From Octopus sinensis (taxonomy: Eukaryota): DNA of 41,105 nt. The notes beneath the pieces are model-generated. The model had not been told where the DNA came from. It was given only the letters and a program-made list of their open reading frames with translations, and searched no databases. Made by a program: the position numbers and the translations under genes. Where the stretch lies: NCBI RefSeq assembly GCF_006345805.1, contig NW_021835786.1, positions 1 through 41,105 on the forward strand. Direction: 5' to 3'. Below, one piece after another: positions 12,667 to 24,429 of the stretch; the first letter of the stretch is position 1; the number at the start of each line of letters is the position of its first letter.

Positions 12667-12670
<4 letters not shown>
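12455..12670 (-). mobile_element. Short element in (TA)n carrying a minimal HHR; probable Penelope-like pLTR remnant
   Basis: Unique ~215-bp island between two (TA)n tracts. Contains the HHR-like motif and is homologous to 31380-31505. Confidence 0.5.
12553..12590 (-). ncRNA. Minimal hammerhead-like motif with variant core (CUGUUGA)
   Basis: Minus strand: UCUUU-CUGUUGA-A-GAGC-GUAG-GCUC-GAAA-CG-UA^AAAGA. 5-bp stem I, 4-bp stem II, ACGU palindrome in place of stem III. Confidence 0.6.
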
Positions 12671-12746
<76 letters not shown>

Positions 12747-13919
12747 GCCAGGGAAATACCATTATCACCAGTATATAAATTTATAATCGACTTTGAGAAG
12801 TACTAACACTCAAAATTCTTGGTTGTTGAGTCGCTCTGATGATTCTACTAAATTTTAATATAAAATAATATATCTATCAATAAGTGAGTATATGTCTGTC
12901 TGTCTGTTTACCTAAATAGCTAGTTAGCTATTCCTCTATCTGAATAGCTATTTATTTAACTATATAGACGGGCATATTCTTATATAGATAACATCACATT
13001 TTATTGCAGTAGATCAAATTCAATGTCACTCTCAACATCATTATTGTAAAGTTACAGTAAATAAAATTAGCCGTCGAAAATAGAAATGTCTAATACGAGT
13101 TATAATAACGCAAACCCTGAAGTGAAAATTCGGGATAACGTCTTGAAATTGCTGTTGGTTTTCTCTCCATTGTATTTTCATGGCAATCTTGCCTCAATTA
13201 CCCAATCTGTTTTCTGCTACGGAATTCTACAAAGACTTCATCATCTGCACTGCATACAGCGTTAACAGCAATTTGAAGCACTTTGAATATTTCAAATGTT
13301 ACTCTTGCTCGATATGATGCTGAATACGTAGAATTCTTTCTATTCTTTTATTCAATAGAGTAAAATATGACTCGAAAGAGATTTGACTGCTATTTCTAGC
13401 AGGCCGTGTAGCGGTTCACTCAGTGACACACCATAGATTGTTGGTATGTTAAGCGTTATGTTAATTAGAGACTATGATCATCTCCAACATTTCAACTTAA
13501 CGAGAGGAGTTTAACTGTATGCAATTAATGAGACCAAAATTAATGAGTTGCTTAACTGTGCGCAATTAATGAGACGAAAATATGCTGACGAGATCTGATA
13601 AACCGAAACATGCCCTAAACAAACATTAACTGTCTTTTAACTAAGAATCTAAATCAGCTTAAGAAAATTCCTAATTCTTTGAAATTATTTCTTCTTCGTT
13701 TTGCTTTTTCTACATGATAGGAATCTCACTATATTTTTTATCTTTTACTTATTTCAGTCATTAGACTGGCCAAGCTGGAGCATCGCCTTGAATTTTAACC
13801 GAAAGATTCGACCTCAGTACCTCATTTTTATGCGTAATGGCTTAACAGCCCTCACCCTTTTTTTTTACTGTTTTGTTCTTACTGTCTTGTTTTTGTTAGC
13901 ACTAATAACCCTCCTCAAA

Positions 13920-14172
13920 AGTCCCAAATTTTATTTAATTTGCTTTGCGGGAAGGACTGTTTCAATGAAGTCGCGTCTTCTCCCAACCTTCGAAATGCGG
14001 AGTAGATAAAACAGAGGACAACTGATGAATGGATTGTTCTTTATGTTGCCTGTCCCGTTTCTCTATTTGTTTCTTTCGTTGTTCGAAGAAAAGTTCCTTT
14101 TCCATATTTTTGTTTTTTTTATGTTCTCGTTTTTCATTTTGTTCACGTTTTTGTTTTACGTCCTGAACACCA
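13920..14172 (+). mobile_element. Short repeat next to (TA)n with CUGAUGA/GAAA motifs; possible Penelope-like terminal repeat
   Basis: Second copy in opposite orientation at 3810-3981. The 5' boundary is uncertain. Confidence 0.55.
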
Positions 14173-14354
14173 TATATGCATGTATATATACATATTATGT
14201 ATGTATGTACACATATTATGTATATATGCATGTATATATATATATTATATATATATATATATATATTATATTTATATATATATTTATATTTATATAATAT
14301 TATTATATGATCGAACGCAACGCATCCATTCCAAGTAATTTTTATCTATCTATT

Positions 14355-14401
<47 letters not shown>

Positions 14402-15224
14402 ATATATATATATATATATATTATAATATATATAATTAATTGCTGCTAGCCATTTTTATTGTATATATAGATATTATATATATCTATATATATATAGATC
14501 TATGCATGTATGTATATATACTGTGTCTTCGTCTTTTGTTTTCTGTAAATTTGAACTATATATAAATATAAATAATATATATATATACACACACACACAT
14601 ATATACACACATATATATACATATGTATACATACATATACACATACATATACGTACATATATATGGAGAGAGAATGAAAGAAGATATTCTTATCTCACTC
14701 TCTCTATATATACGTATATGTGTGTGTGTTCATGCATATGTATATAAATATTTATATACATGTGCGTGCGTGCGTGTGCGTATGTATGCATGTACGTATG
14801 TATGTACGTATGTATGTATGCGTGTATGTATGTATGCGTGTATGTATGTATGTAATTTTCTGGTAAGGATTTGTTTGCGTATAATTATAATACATCTTCT
14901 CCTCCACTCACCTTCAACACCACAACTCCCACCGCCGCAATCATCACCGCCACCGCTACCACCACAATACCCGCCAACGTCCTGAGTATTTTATGTGTCT
15001 TCTACGAGACACTCGACTCCTTGACCTTACTCTTGGTATTCAGATATATTTGACCTTTCACTGGATTACAGAGGATTATGGATATTTGATTGATTTGCAC
15101 TCAACTTTTAGCCGGACACTTTGGTACTTGGCCATCTCTCAACATAATTATTATAATAATAATAATATAATAATAATAATAATAATAATAACAACAACAA
15201 CAACAACAACAACAACACACAACC

Positions 15225-15255
<31 letters not shown>

Positions 15256-15300
15256 CAACAACAATAATAATAATAATAATAATAATATAATAATAATAAA

Positions 15301-15855
15301 TGCCCTGATGCAGTACCAGGCAGCGGCTCTCACGGCTTCTGATTTTAACTGACTGGAAGTGTTATCATGTACATTGTTTTGCCTTGGTATAAAAGATGGG
15401 CTACAGCAAATATTCTGCTCAATACCACAGATTTGCTTGTCAGTAGTTTGACCGTAACCAGTTGAGCATGTCCTTTGGTGGCTAACGATATGTGCATCTC
15501 TGATCACGAGTAGAAGTAGTGGGGGAGAATCATAGCCATGTGTTGAGAGGGATTCTTTGGGGTTTGAATGATTCACCTCTGGAAACATGGGTGTTTCATT
15601 CAACATCCTTAAACAACCTTTAATCAGGGACCTTTTGAGCGGGATGGGCTACTCAACCTGAAGAAAATTCTAACTGGGCCCCACCTGCAAGGTCATGTGC
15701 TGTTTATCTTGATATGAGATCACCATGTCGCGCACATATGGTTGCGATGCATGTGCCTGGTGTACCCTTATCAGACAGGTATTCATGATGGGTATATTGG
15801 GCTTCGTATATTTTACCCCAGTGTCACTTTGATGGCATGCACTGCTCTCTCACTC
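15301..15855. mobile_element. Unclassified ~555-bp non-coding element inserted in (AAT)n
   Basis: Sharp-edged higher-GC island with (AAT)n/(AAC)n on both sides. No TIR, pol III boxes or credible ORF. Confidence 0.55.
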
Positions 15856-15896
15856 AATAATAATAATAATAGTAATAAAATAACAACAACAACAGC

Positions 15897-15932
<36 letters not shown>

Positions 15933-15949
15933 AATATAATAATAATAAT

Positions 15950-16672
15950 ATTGCAGATGAAACTACTTTGGTTTTCTTTGGAACAAGTGAGGAAAGGCAT
16001 TTCCACTGCATGGTTCGTCTCTTTGTCTCTGGTTCAAAGTGATGAAGCCAGCGCTCATCCTGGGTTAGGTAACGATCAAGGACATCAGCTGGGTCTGTTT
16101 CAATCAATGTCAGCTTTCCCTGTGGTCTAATCAGCTTGGTGAGCTTTTGATCAGATGTCAGAAGACATGGCGCCCACCGAGCCGAAGGCTTTTGTTGCCA
16201 ACTTCATTGTGCAGCATATTCTCAATTCTCTCATGGCCTATGCTCTATTTGATTTACACTCAATCGCCTGTCATCTATCACCATATGGTGAACACGATCA
16301 ATGTTTTCCTAATCGGTGGCAGTTGTAGGACGTCCAGAGCTTGGATCATCTTCAAGATTCTCTCTTCCCCTTCGAAATTCAGCTGCCTACTTTTGCAGTG
16401 TTGATAAAGATGGAGCGTTCATCCACAAATGTAATCATGCCAGCATGAGTATCCTTGGGGGCTAAACCCCTTTTTTGTGCATGTTCTTGATAACACCACA
16501 ATGCCCACCAAATTTTGTCCATTTTCCAGAGAAGTTGCTACTAGTAATCTTGAAGTCTTCTTTGAAGAGTCAGATGTTAGTTTACCTGGAAAAAAAAACA
16601 ATGCAGTGATTAATAAGAAGATTTGAAATTAATAATTCATAGTCAGCCTATGAACTTCTCAGCCCACCATCG
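15950..16672 (-). mobile_element. Mariner transposon 5' half, pseudogenised transposase
   Basis: Minus-strand peptides MDKI.., AAEFRRGRENLEDDPSSGRPTTA and LTQDERWLHHFEPETKRRTMQWK..KKTKVVSSA, with stops and frameshifts. TIR-like cgatggtgggctgagaagttcataggctgac at the right end. Confidence 0.9.
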
Positions 16673-16966
16673 GATGTATATATATGTATGTGTATATATA
16701 TATGTATATATGTAGTAAGATTTTGCGGGTTTCCTTCCAAGCCATTTATAAGATATTTGACATTGATTGACATTGACATGTTGTAGGAAATTAGTTATGA
16801 CAGATTTTGACTCTTTTGTTTGCTTTTTCTGGCTCGTTTAGTCGTTTGAATGCAGCCGTGCTAGAGCACCACCCCCAAGGGTTTGCTCGGTAAAATTGGT
16901 CTCATCACAAGTCCGTTACTTACTCTTTTGTCTGTCCTTGTTTGTCCTCTTTATATATAGTCCTTT

Positions 16967-17283
16967 TATTTAATCGACCCCGAAAGGATGAAAGGCAAAG
17001 TCGACCTCGGAGGAATTTGAACTCAGAACGTAGCGGCAGACGAAATACCTATTTCTTTACTACCCACAAGGGGCTAAACACAGAGGGGACAAACAAGGAC
17101 AGACAAACGGATTGAGTCGATTATATCGACCCCAATGCGTAACTGGTACTTAATTTATCGATCCCGAAAGGATGAACGGCAAAGTCGACCTCGGCGGAAT
17201 TTGAACTCAGAACGTAAAGACAGACGAAATACGGCTACGCATTTCGCCCGGCGTGCTAATGATTCTGCCGGGTCGCCGCCTTC
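16967..17283 (-). mobile_element. SINE A dimer (nested or tandem), young
   Basis: Two copies of ccgaaaggatgaa.ggcaaagtcgacctcgg.ggaatttgaactcagaacgta, joined at gacgaaatacc|tatttctttac. Confidence 0.9.
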
Positions 17284-18289
17284 GGCGTGCATAATATTAA
17301 AGCTATCCGCACACAGTAATGAAGAAATTTAGCTTTCATTATGGCAAAATTTCCCTTGTCGCTTTCATTCCTCAATGCTAAAATTGCATTATTTGCTTCA
17401 ATAAGGAACAGTCTCTTATTTAAAGATTGATAAAAATTCCCCCAAAACTGCTTAAGTTGTTTGTATCGCATTAAGTGAGTCTGTTGTTTCTTCATTTATG
17501 AATAAAGAATGTTTTCTATTTTGAAGAAAAGCAGAAAAAAAAAGAAAGAAAAAAAGAATGAAAAAGAAAAGCGAAATGCAAAGAATTTGTAAAAAGCAAC
17601 GAAGAATAAAGTGAAATACTTCTGAAGACGATAATAGTCAATTACACATATTACATATTCTTGAAATTCACTTCTGTAGATAATCAGAAAATACATGGTT
17701 TTCCCAAAGAAAACATTCGAGAAACCATAACTAAAGAAGCAACTCGCTTCTTCAATAAAACAGATTCACAGTTTTCGGATCGTATGACATTTCAACTGGT
17801 TGTCTTTAGATGTTTTGTCACGTCTAAAGAAACCATATCATTTGGCGGCATTGTGGAAAATATAGATGATTCTACCAGATTGCATTCTGTACTTTGTAAT
17901 GCCTTCTATGATAACACAAGAACCAAATCGTTACTGTTTGAAATAACAATATTTCAAGTATTGAGTGACACATAAAAAGAAGTATGTTGCGAGCGTATCT
18001 TGGCAAACAAACTATTACTTATCAGATGTTCCTAGGCCGCCCCGTTTCTCTTCTCCCCCTTCTGCTAATAAATTTGAATTAATCCCTTTAATAGTCTGAG
18101 ATGGTGAGTAAAATTTACATACCACCCAAGACGATTTCAACAACGAAACATCACAAAACAACTCAGTGAATGGAGCGAAACATTGATAGAGAGAGATGGA
18201 TGCGATAGTGACTCGCAAGCAGCAGCAGCAGCAGCAGCGACAACAGCAATAGCAGAAACTTTCCCTCCTCCCTTTGTATCAGATCGTGT

Positions 18290-18461
18290 GTGGATGTGAT
18301 ATATATGTTTGTGTGCATGGATGTATATTGCATATATATATATATATATAAATGTATGTATGTTTATGTGTGTATATTATATTATATATATTATGTGTGT
18401 ATGTATGTATGTATTTATGTATATATATATGTATGTGTATATATATTTATAATAAATATGC

Positions 18462-18519
<58 letters not shown>

Positions 18520-19096
18520 CATACATACATTCATAAACGCATACACATATCTTACGTAAACATACATATATAAGAATAACTATATATATATATATGCATG
18601 TGTGTGTGCGTGCACGCTTATGTGCTTCCATACACGCGTACATACACGCATACATACACGCACACACAGAAACACGCACACATATATACGCACATACATA
18701 CAAACATACACACATCCATACATATTTGTGTATATACTACGATTTTTTATATACATATTTATACATGTATGCATGTGTGTATGCGAGGGCGCGTGTATTT
18801 GTATATGCATATGTGCGCATGTATGCATGGTTGCATGCATGTTTGTATGCATGTATGTATGTATGTATGCGAGTATGTGGGAGTGCAAGTCTTGATTCGA
18901 TGTGAGTGTGTGTATGTGTGTGTATTTGAGTGTGTAAATATATATATGAATATAAACAGACATGTATTTTCGCATGTGTTTGTTTGTTTATATATGTGTG
19001 CGTGTATGTGTTTGGGTATGTATATATATATGTACTTTTACAAATATATATACATACATACTTATTTATATACATATATATATGTATATATATATA

Positions 19097-19169
<73 letters not shown>

Positions 19170-19270
19170 ATATACATATATGTATATTATATATACATAT
19201 ATATTAAGTACACACATAGATATCTGTATAATAACAATAACCCTACCTATCTACAAACATATATACACCC
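18290..19270. repeat. Degenerate (TA)/(TG)/(CA) alternating purine-pyrimidine tract
   Basis: Direct reading. Similar tracts at 3590-3810, 14180-14850, 22150-22480, 33240-33390, 34540-34850 and 40080-40620. Confidence 0.9.
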
Positions 19271-19680
19271 ATGTAGTCAAGCTGTGGGTGGTTAACAGAG
19301 TTTATCATCGGGTACCATCCAAACAAGTTTTTATTTTTTATTTTTATCTATACATCTTATTTATTTATTCATTTATGTATTTTTAGAATACAGCAACATT
19401 ATTTTGAATATAAGATCTGAAGTTCAAATCCAACCAAGTACTCCTCACTCTAGCTTTTGTCTACTGTTTTCGTACACAAGCCTGGCGTGTCGGTCTGCTA
19501 ACCAAAATTTGATTACTGTCTTTTGTTACAGAAAAATTGGATTTCTACTGAAGATTTATCAAGATTTGGTACTAACCAAATTCATTACGCAAGCGAAACA
19601 TTTTAATCTTTTCCATATTTTAAAAGTTACTCAAAAAAATATTTTAATCGCATAAAACTTTGTATATTCTTCATTATATG

Positions 19681-19720
<40 letters not shown>

Positions 19721-19725
19721 TATAT

Positions 19726-19760
<35 letters not shown>

Positions 19761-20254
19761 TCTGCGACCAGCGATGATCGTGGAATCACATAATATGTGC
19801 ATGCCATGGATTTAAAATGCTTTAAAATGTTCCTAAAAATGTTGTTCATTTTTAATAATGATATAAAGTACTCTTTAATCAATTAGAAATTCGTTGGAAA
19901 CAGCTGTAATTAACTGACACCTTTCCATCGTTTGTTATTTATCTATTTATGATTCACCTCTCTTGGAACCTGCTCCTTGCGTGTTCCGATGTATATTATG
20001 GACCGTATATTTAATATAATCTGCGTTTCTGAATTAGCCCAAGGGCTGATGACATACTCAATTGGGTTCAATTAATTGTATACATAACATGAATATCTTT
20101 TGCTTATACTTCGGCACCAATGTTTGCATTCGTCAATAGTTGATCTGAATGCATTTTAATTTTGACCCAACCCGGTGCCTTACCATTTAAGTGCCTTATT
20201 CACCTGAATTTTAATATATTATATATATATGAAAAAAAAATTAATGTTAGAGCA

Positions 20255-20392
20255 TCTGTTCAAATTCCGCCGAAGCTAACTTTGACTTTCCTCCTTTGTT
20301 GGGGAGATAAAATAAATAGCAGCTGAGCAGTGGGGTCGATGTAATCGACTTAACTCTACCCCGATATTGCAGGCCTTGTGCCAAAAATTGAA
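20255..20392 (+). mobile_element. SINE A fragment
   Basis: gttcaaattccgccgaag..ggggtcgatgtaatcgact..ggccttgtgccaaaa. Confidence 0.75.
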
Positions 20393-20629
20393 AGTGATAA
20401 TAGAACATCTCCACTGATTATATAAAAGGATTTACGGTACCTTGTATTGGGAAGTAATTATGACGCAATCTTCTTAAGCATGCTTATTATTAATAGGAAT
20501 AAATGTTACACAATATACAACGAACACATTTTTCCATACAAAGCTTCGCAGCAAAGAACTCAATAACGCAATGAAATATGGCAGTCATATTGACAGGAAT
20601 CTAGAAGCAATGATGTCATATAAATTGGT

Positions 20630-20810
20630 ATCAAATTTTGGCACAAAGCAAACATTTTCGGGTGACTGGGTAAGACGATTACATCAACCCCTGTGCTCAA
20701 CTAGTACTCATTTCATCGACCCCCGAAAGAACGAAAGGCAAGGTCGACGGTAGTGGAATTTGAATTCAGAACGTAAAGACGAGTAAAATGACTCGGTCAG
20801 CTCACCGACC
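20630..20810 (-). mobile_element. SINE A degenerate copy
   Basis: aaattttggcacaa..atcgacccccgaaag..ggaatttgaattcagaacgtaaagac..cagctcacc. Confidence 0.75.
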
Positions 20811-20811
20811 T

Positions 20812-20866
<55 letters not shown>

Positions 20867-21071
20867 AATAATGAGGGTAATAAATTGAATATTAATTTAA
20901 TTAACATCAATTTAAAACCAGTAGGCTAGCATATAGACAAATCTGTAAATTCAGAAAAATTGTAATGCATGCGTATTTTATATACGCATATATGTGTGTG
21001 TGTGTGTGTAGGTATGTTGATGCAAAGAGGAGAAATAGAACTCAAAATATGAGTATCTGTATATTTTTATT

Positions 21072-21185
21072 AATATTTATCAGTAGCAACAGAGTGACTC
21101 AAGGTCCGAATTTATGTGCTTTTGATAAGTGCCAACGCACGAAACTCTCAGACCTCAAGTCACTCTATTACTTCTGCTAAATATT
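21072..21185. repeat. Inverted repeat, 38-nt arms and 38-nt spacer
   Basis: 31/38 identity between the left arm and the reverse complement of the right arm. Confidence 0.9.
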
Positions 21186-21544
21186 TATATATATGTATTA
21201 ACCTGAGCTTTTTTTTATGTTTCTTTAAATACTGAAAACAAAAACGATATTCACAATATCCAGATATGGATTCAGTGATAAATAATTGATAGATAATTGA
21301 GATCATTACTGGTAATAACTACCAATAATATGCTTAGAAAGCTTCATACACTAAAATACATCTGGGTGATTTCTGTACGTATTTCGATTCAAAATACTCT
21401 CGTTCTGAGAACGACCCATGTTGACCTCTCTGACGTTTAGACTGCCGTGTGTTAATGTAAGCCGTATTACTCTGCTGTGTTGACAATGTGTGTTGGTTTA
21501 TTGACGTCTCCGTAACTCCTAAACCTAAAAGCGACCCCCTAAAC

Positions 21545-21773
21545 CAGTGAATCCCAACGTGGGGCATACGCACCACCGGTGGGCCTGGGAAAATTGTGGT
21601 AGGACATGGGATCCCAAAAATTTTTTTATATATAGTGGGGCATGGAATTGTGAAAATTTTATTTTCACTGCAAGCATATTACATCTATACACTTTTCCAA
21701 CCACCGGTGGGGGTATACATTGTTCTGGAAACTTATAGTGAGGGCCTGGGGAAAAATAGGTTGGGAAACGCTG
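21545..21773. mobile_element. hAT-type MITE with 8-bp TSD
   Basis: Ends cagtgaatcccaac / gttgggaaacgctg (11/14 inverted match). Flanks ccctaaac / tcctaaac. Subterminal palindrome ccaccggtgg occurs twice. Confidence 0.8.
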
Positions 21774-22215
21774 TCCTAAACTGTGATACCAAGTAGTGTA
21801 ACATGAATGGCACAAAGGTAAATCGTGTTACAAAGCTACGTTACAGAGTAATGTTACAAAAGAGACTAAGCAGTGATACTAAGCAGTGTGACACGAATGA
21901 GACAAAGGTGTACTTCTAGGCTGTGTCGCTAAACAGTCTTAGCAGGAACACAAAACGAGTATTAGTAAACAGTAGTACTAAGGAGCGTTGCTAAGGCATG
22001 ATACTAAGGAAGGTAACAAAGTAGTTTATAAGTACACATGATGCCTGCAGATGGCAATTCATCAGAAACTAAATTTCTACCAGATAATTCCATTTTAATT
22101 TTGGAAAGTATCCATTATTTATTGATATAGAGCTTCATTTTAAATGGATATGTTTGTGTGTGTAAATATATATATATAATATACAAGTCTGTGTGTATGT
22201 ATATATAAATACGTG

Positions 22216-22278
<63 letters not shown>

Positions 22279-22352
22279 GTGTGTACATATATGTGTATGT
22301 ATATATGTGTGTGTGTGTATATGTATATATACACAGAAACATGTGTGTGTGT

Positions 22353-22387
<35 letters not shown>

Positions 22388-23456
22388 CACACGCACATAC
22401 ATATATACATATATATATACGTATATATGTATGTATACGTATATGTTCACACATATACACACACACATACGCGCACACACTATAATGTCAAGCAAACACA
22501 AACAGAGTATTAATATCCGTGTAGAAACCATTGTGAAAGTAAATATACATAAACATGTGTGGAGATAGAGGCCAGCGCCACTTGCTAAGGAGCGGTCACT
22601 TTAGAAAACAGGTTTGTTAATCTTAACACTGTGACGTTACCATTTCGTGTGGCGTTCCTGGCTGGAAACCAGCGTTTATCAAGGCAGAACTTGTTAGCTC
22701 TCGTAAAAAAGGAGTTGCAGAACCCGTGGGTGGGGTTTTCTTTGCGTTTGCTTCCAGGTTGTTTGTTTTTCATTTATGCTTTTTTTTTATTTCCGTGTTT
22801 TTTTTTGTTATTGTTTTTTTTCTTTGAATTTTTGCTTTTTTGCTTTTTCTTCATTTTAAATACTATTGTTGTTTCCGTTGTTGCTGTTTTTGTAGTTGTT
22901 GTTGTTATCGTTGTCGTCGTCGTTGTTGTTGCTGTTGTTGTTGTTGTTAAAATTTGGGGGAACGAGAGAAACTGGTTGTTGGCTGCATGCTGCTTCAACA
23001 ATGGTTGGCATCTAAGCTACATTAATTCAGTCACTGAACAGTTTTAAGATACATATGTTGATCGCAAAACCCTTTCTCTCTTCAAAAAAACACCATCTTA
23101 AGCAAACTGTGAGAGGGAGAGAGACAGAGACAGAGAGAAAGGAAAATAGAGAGAGGGTAAGAGACAGGCAGACAGACAGACACAGACCAAAGCTGACAGA
23201 GCGAGAGGGGGAGAAAGAGATGGAGAGAGAAAGGGAAAAAGAGAGAGTGCTCATGTGTAGGGGAGGGTTGTAAGGGGGCAAAGATCTTGCACGTGGTTCT
23301 GTGACCAAAAGACTACAAAAGAAACAAAGAAAGAATACAAAAAAGAAAAACAATAAAGGGACAACAGCAGCAACAAAAATCAGGCAAAATGATAAGAAGA
23401 TGGAAGCTGTTTATTTTTTCACATTTAAAAATGTACCCCCGCCTGAGAGAGCAAAC

Positions 23457-23520
23457 ATGTCTTCTAACCAGAATTTTTTGGTCGAAAAGGCCAAAGAAGA
23501 AAACGCAAGTCACAAGTCTG
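23457..23520 (+). CDS. Candidate short first coding exon (MSSNQNFLVEKAKEENASHKS)
   Basis: ATG in caaacATG context, 64-nt open frame, strong donor CTG|GTAAGA, in unique sequence. No recognisable homology. Confidence 0.3.
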
Positions 23521-23879
23521 GTAAGAGCAGAGACCGTCTGTGTGGAATTTCGAAGTTTTACTTAATATCGAGGAAGGGTTATTTTAGGGGAGGCATGTGG
23601 GAAGCGGGATGCAAATTGGTAATAAGCACGATATCCCTACATCGACACGAAATACGTCAACTTCGGTAGAAGTCAAAGAGGTGACCCTTGTTTGAATAAT
23701 TGGACGCGCAAGAAGTAGCAGCCATTGTATTCAAAACTAGAAAAAGTCACTCAGAACCAAAAGTGTTTGATAGGCAAAGAAGAGATGATCACGGCTAGAG
23801 TCCTTTTGAGCATAAGCCTGATACATACTTACACAAATACATACATACATACATACATACACACACACACATACAAACA

Positions 23880-24060
23880 TTTATTTCTTTATTACCCACA
23901 GGGAGCTAAACATAGAGGGGACAAACAAGGACAGACAAAGGAATTAAGTCGATTGCATCGACCCCAGTGCCTAACTGGTACTTATTTAATCGACCCCGAA
24001 AGGATGGAAGGCAAAGTCAACCACGGCGGAATTTGAACTTGGAACGTAATGGCAGACGAA
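23880..24060 (-). mobile_element. SINE A, 5'-truncated
   Basis: tatttctttattacccacagggagctaaac..ggaatttgaactt..ggcagacgaa. Confidence 0.85.
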
Positions 24061-24428
24061 ACAGTGATTTTAGGAGCACTTGGAATGATCAAAAAGGGAA
24101 CTGAAAATTACTTGAGAATGATCCCTGGCTTACCATCCATGCGGGAAGTGCAAAAGATTGTCTTAACCAGTACGTCTCCTGTACTGAGAAGAGTGTGAAT
24201 TTTCTTTCCTTTTCCCCTTTATATTTTTTTGTTTACTTTTTCCTTCCCCCCCTTTTTCTCTCTGTCTTTCTTCCCCCTTTTCTCTTTCACATGACTTTGT
24301 AAATGAACAATCTGATGTGTTTATTTTAATGGTCTACCAGTGTGTACAGTGAGTTTTTCTGCCCTAGGTGTCAGGAAGGCACTCGGCAAGAAAAAGAAAC
24401 AGAATTAGAAGAAGATAATAATGATAAT
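24061..24428 (+). mobile_element. Dong/R4-clade non-LTR retrotransposon 3' end
   Basis: 24061-24198 translates TVILGALGMIKKGTENYLRMIPGLPSMREVQKIVLTSTSPVLRRV*, matching the R4/Dong C-terminal pattern (IGALG..QK..L.T..ILR). Followed by a 3' UTR and a (TAA)-like tail. Confidence 0.8.
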
Positions 24429-24429
24429 C

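Noticed and set aside
12023-12778. 251-aa ORF (also 18598-19386 and similar)
   Set aside because: Built from stop-free (CTAT)n/(TA)n/(TG)n microsatellites.
15740-15855. Possible HDV-like or twister ribozyme in the 555-bp element
   Set aside because: Could not assemble the nested double pseudoknot or the twister consensus on either strand.
17661-17975. 104-aa non-repetitive ORF
   Set aside because: TTG start, no recognisable motif and length compatible with chance; cannot be supported without a search.
20030-20075. CUGAUGA after a small hairpin (also 12836, 22059 minus, 39052 minus)
   Set aside because: No correctly placed GAAA/NUH or stems.
21299-21320. TGAGATCATT, matching the bantam miRNA 5' end
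   Set aside because: The rest does not match and no precursor hairpin is evident.
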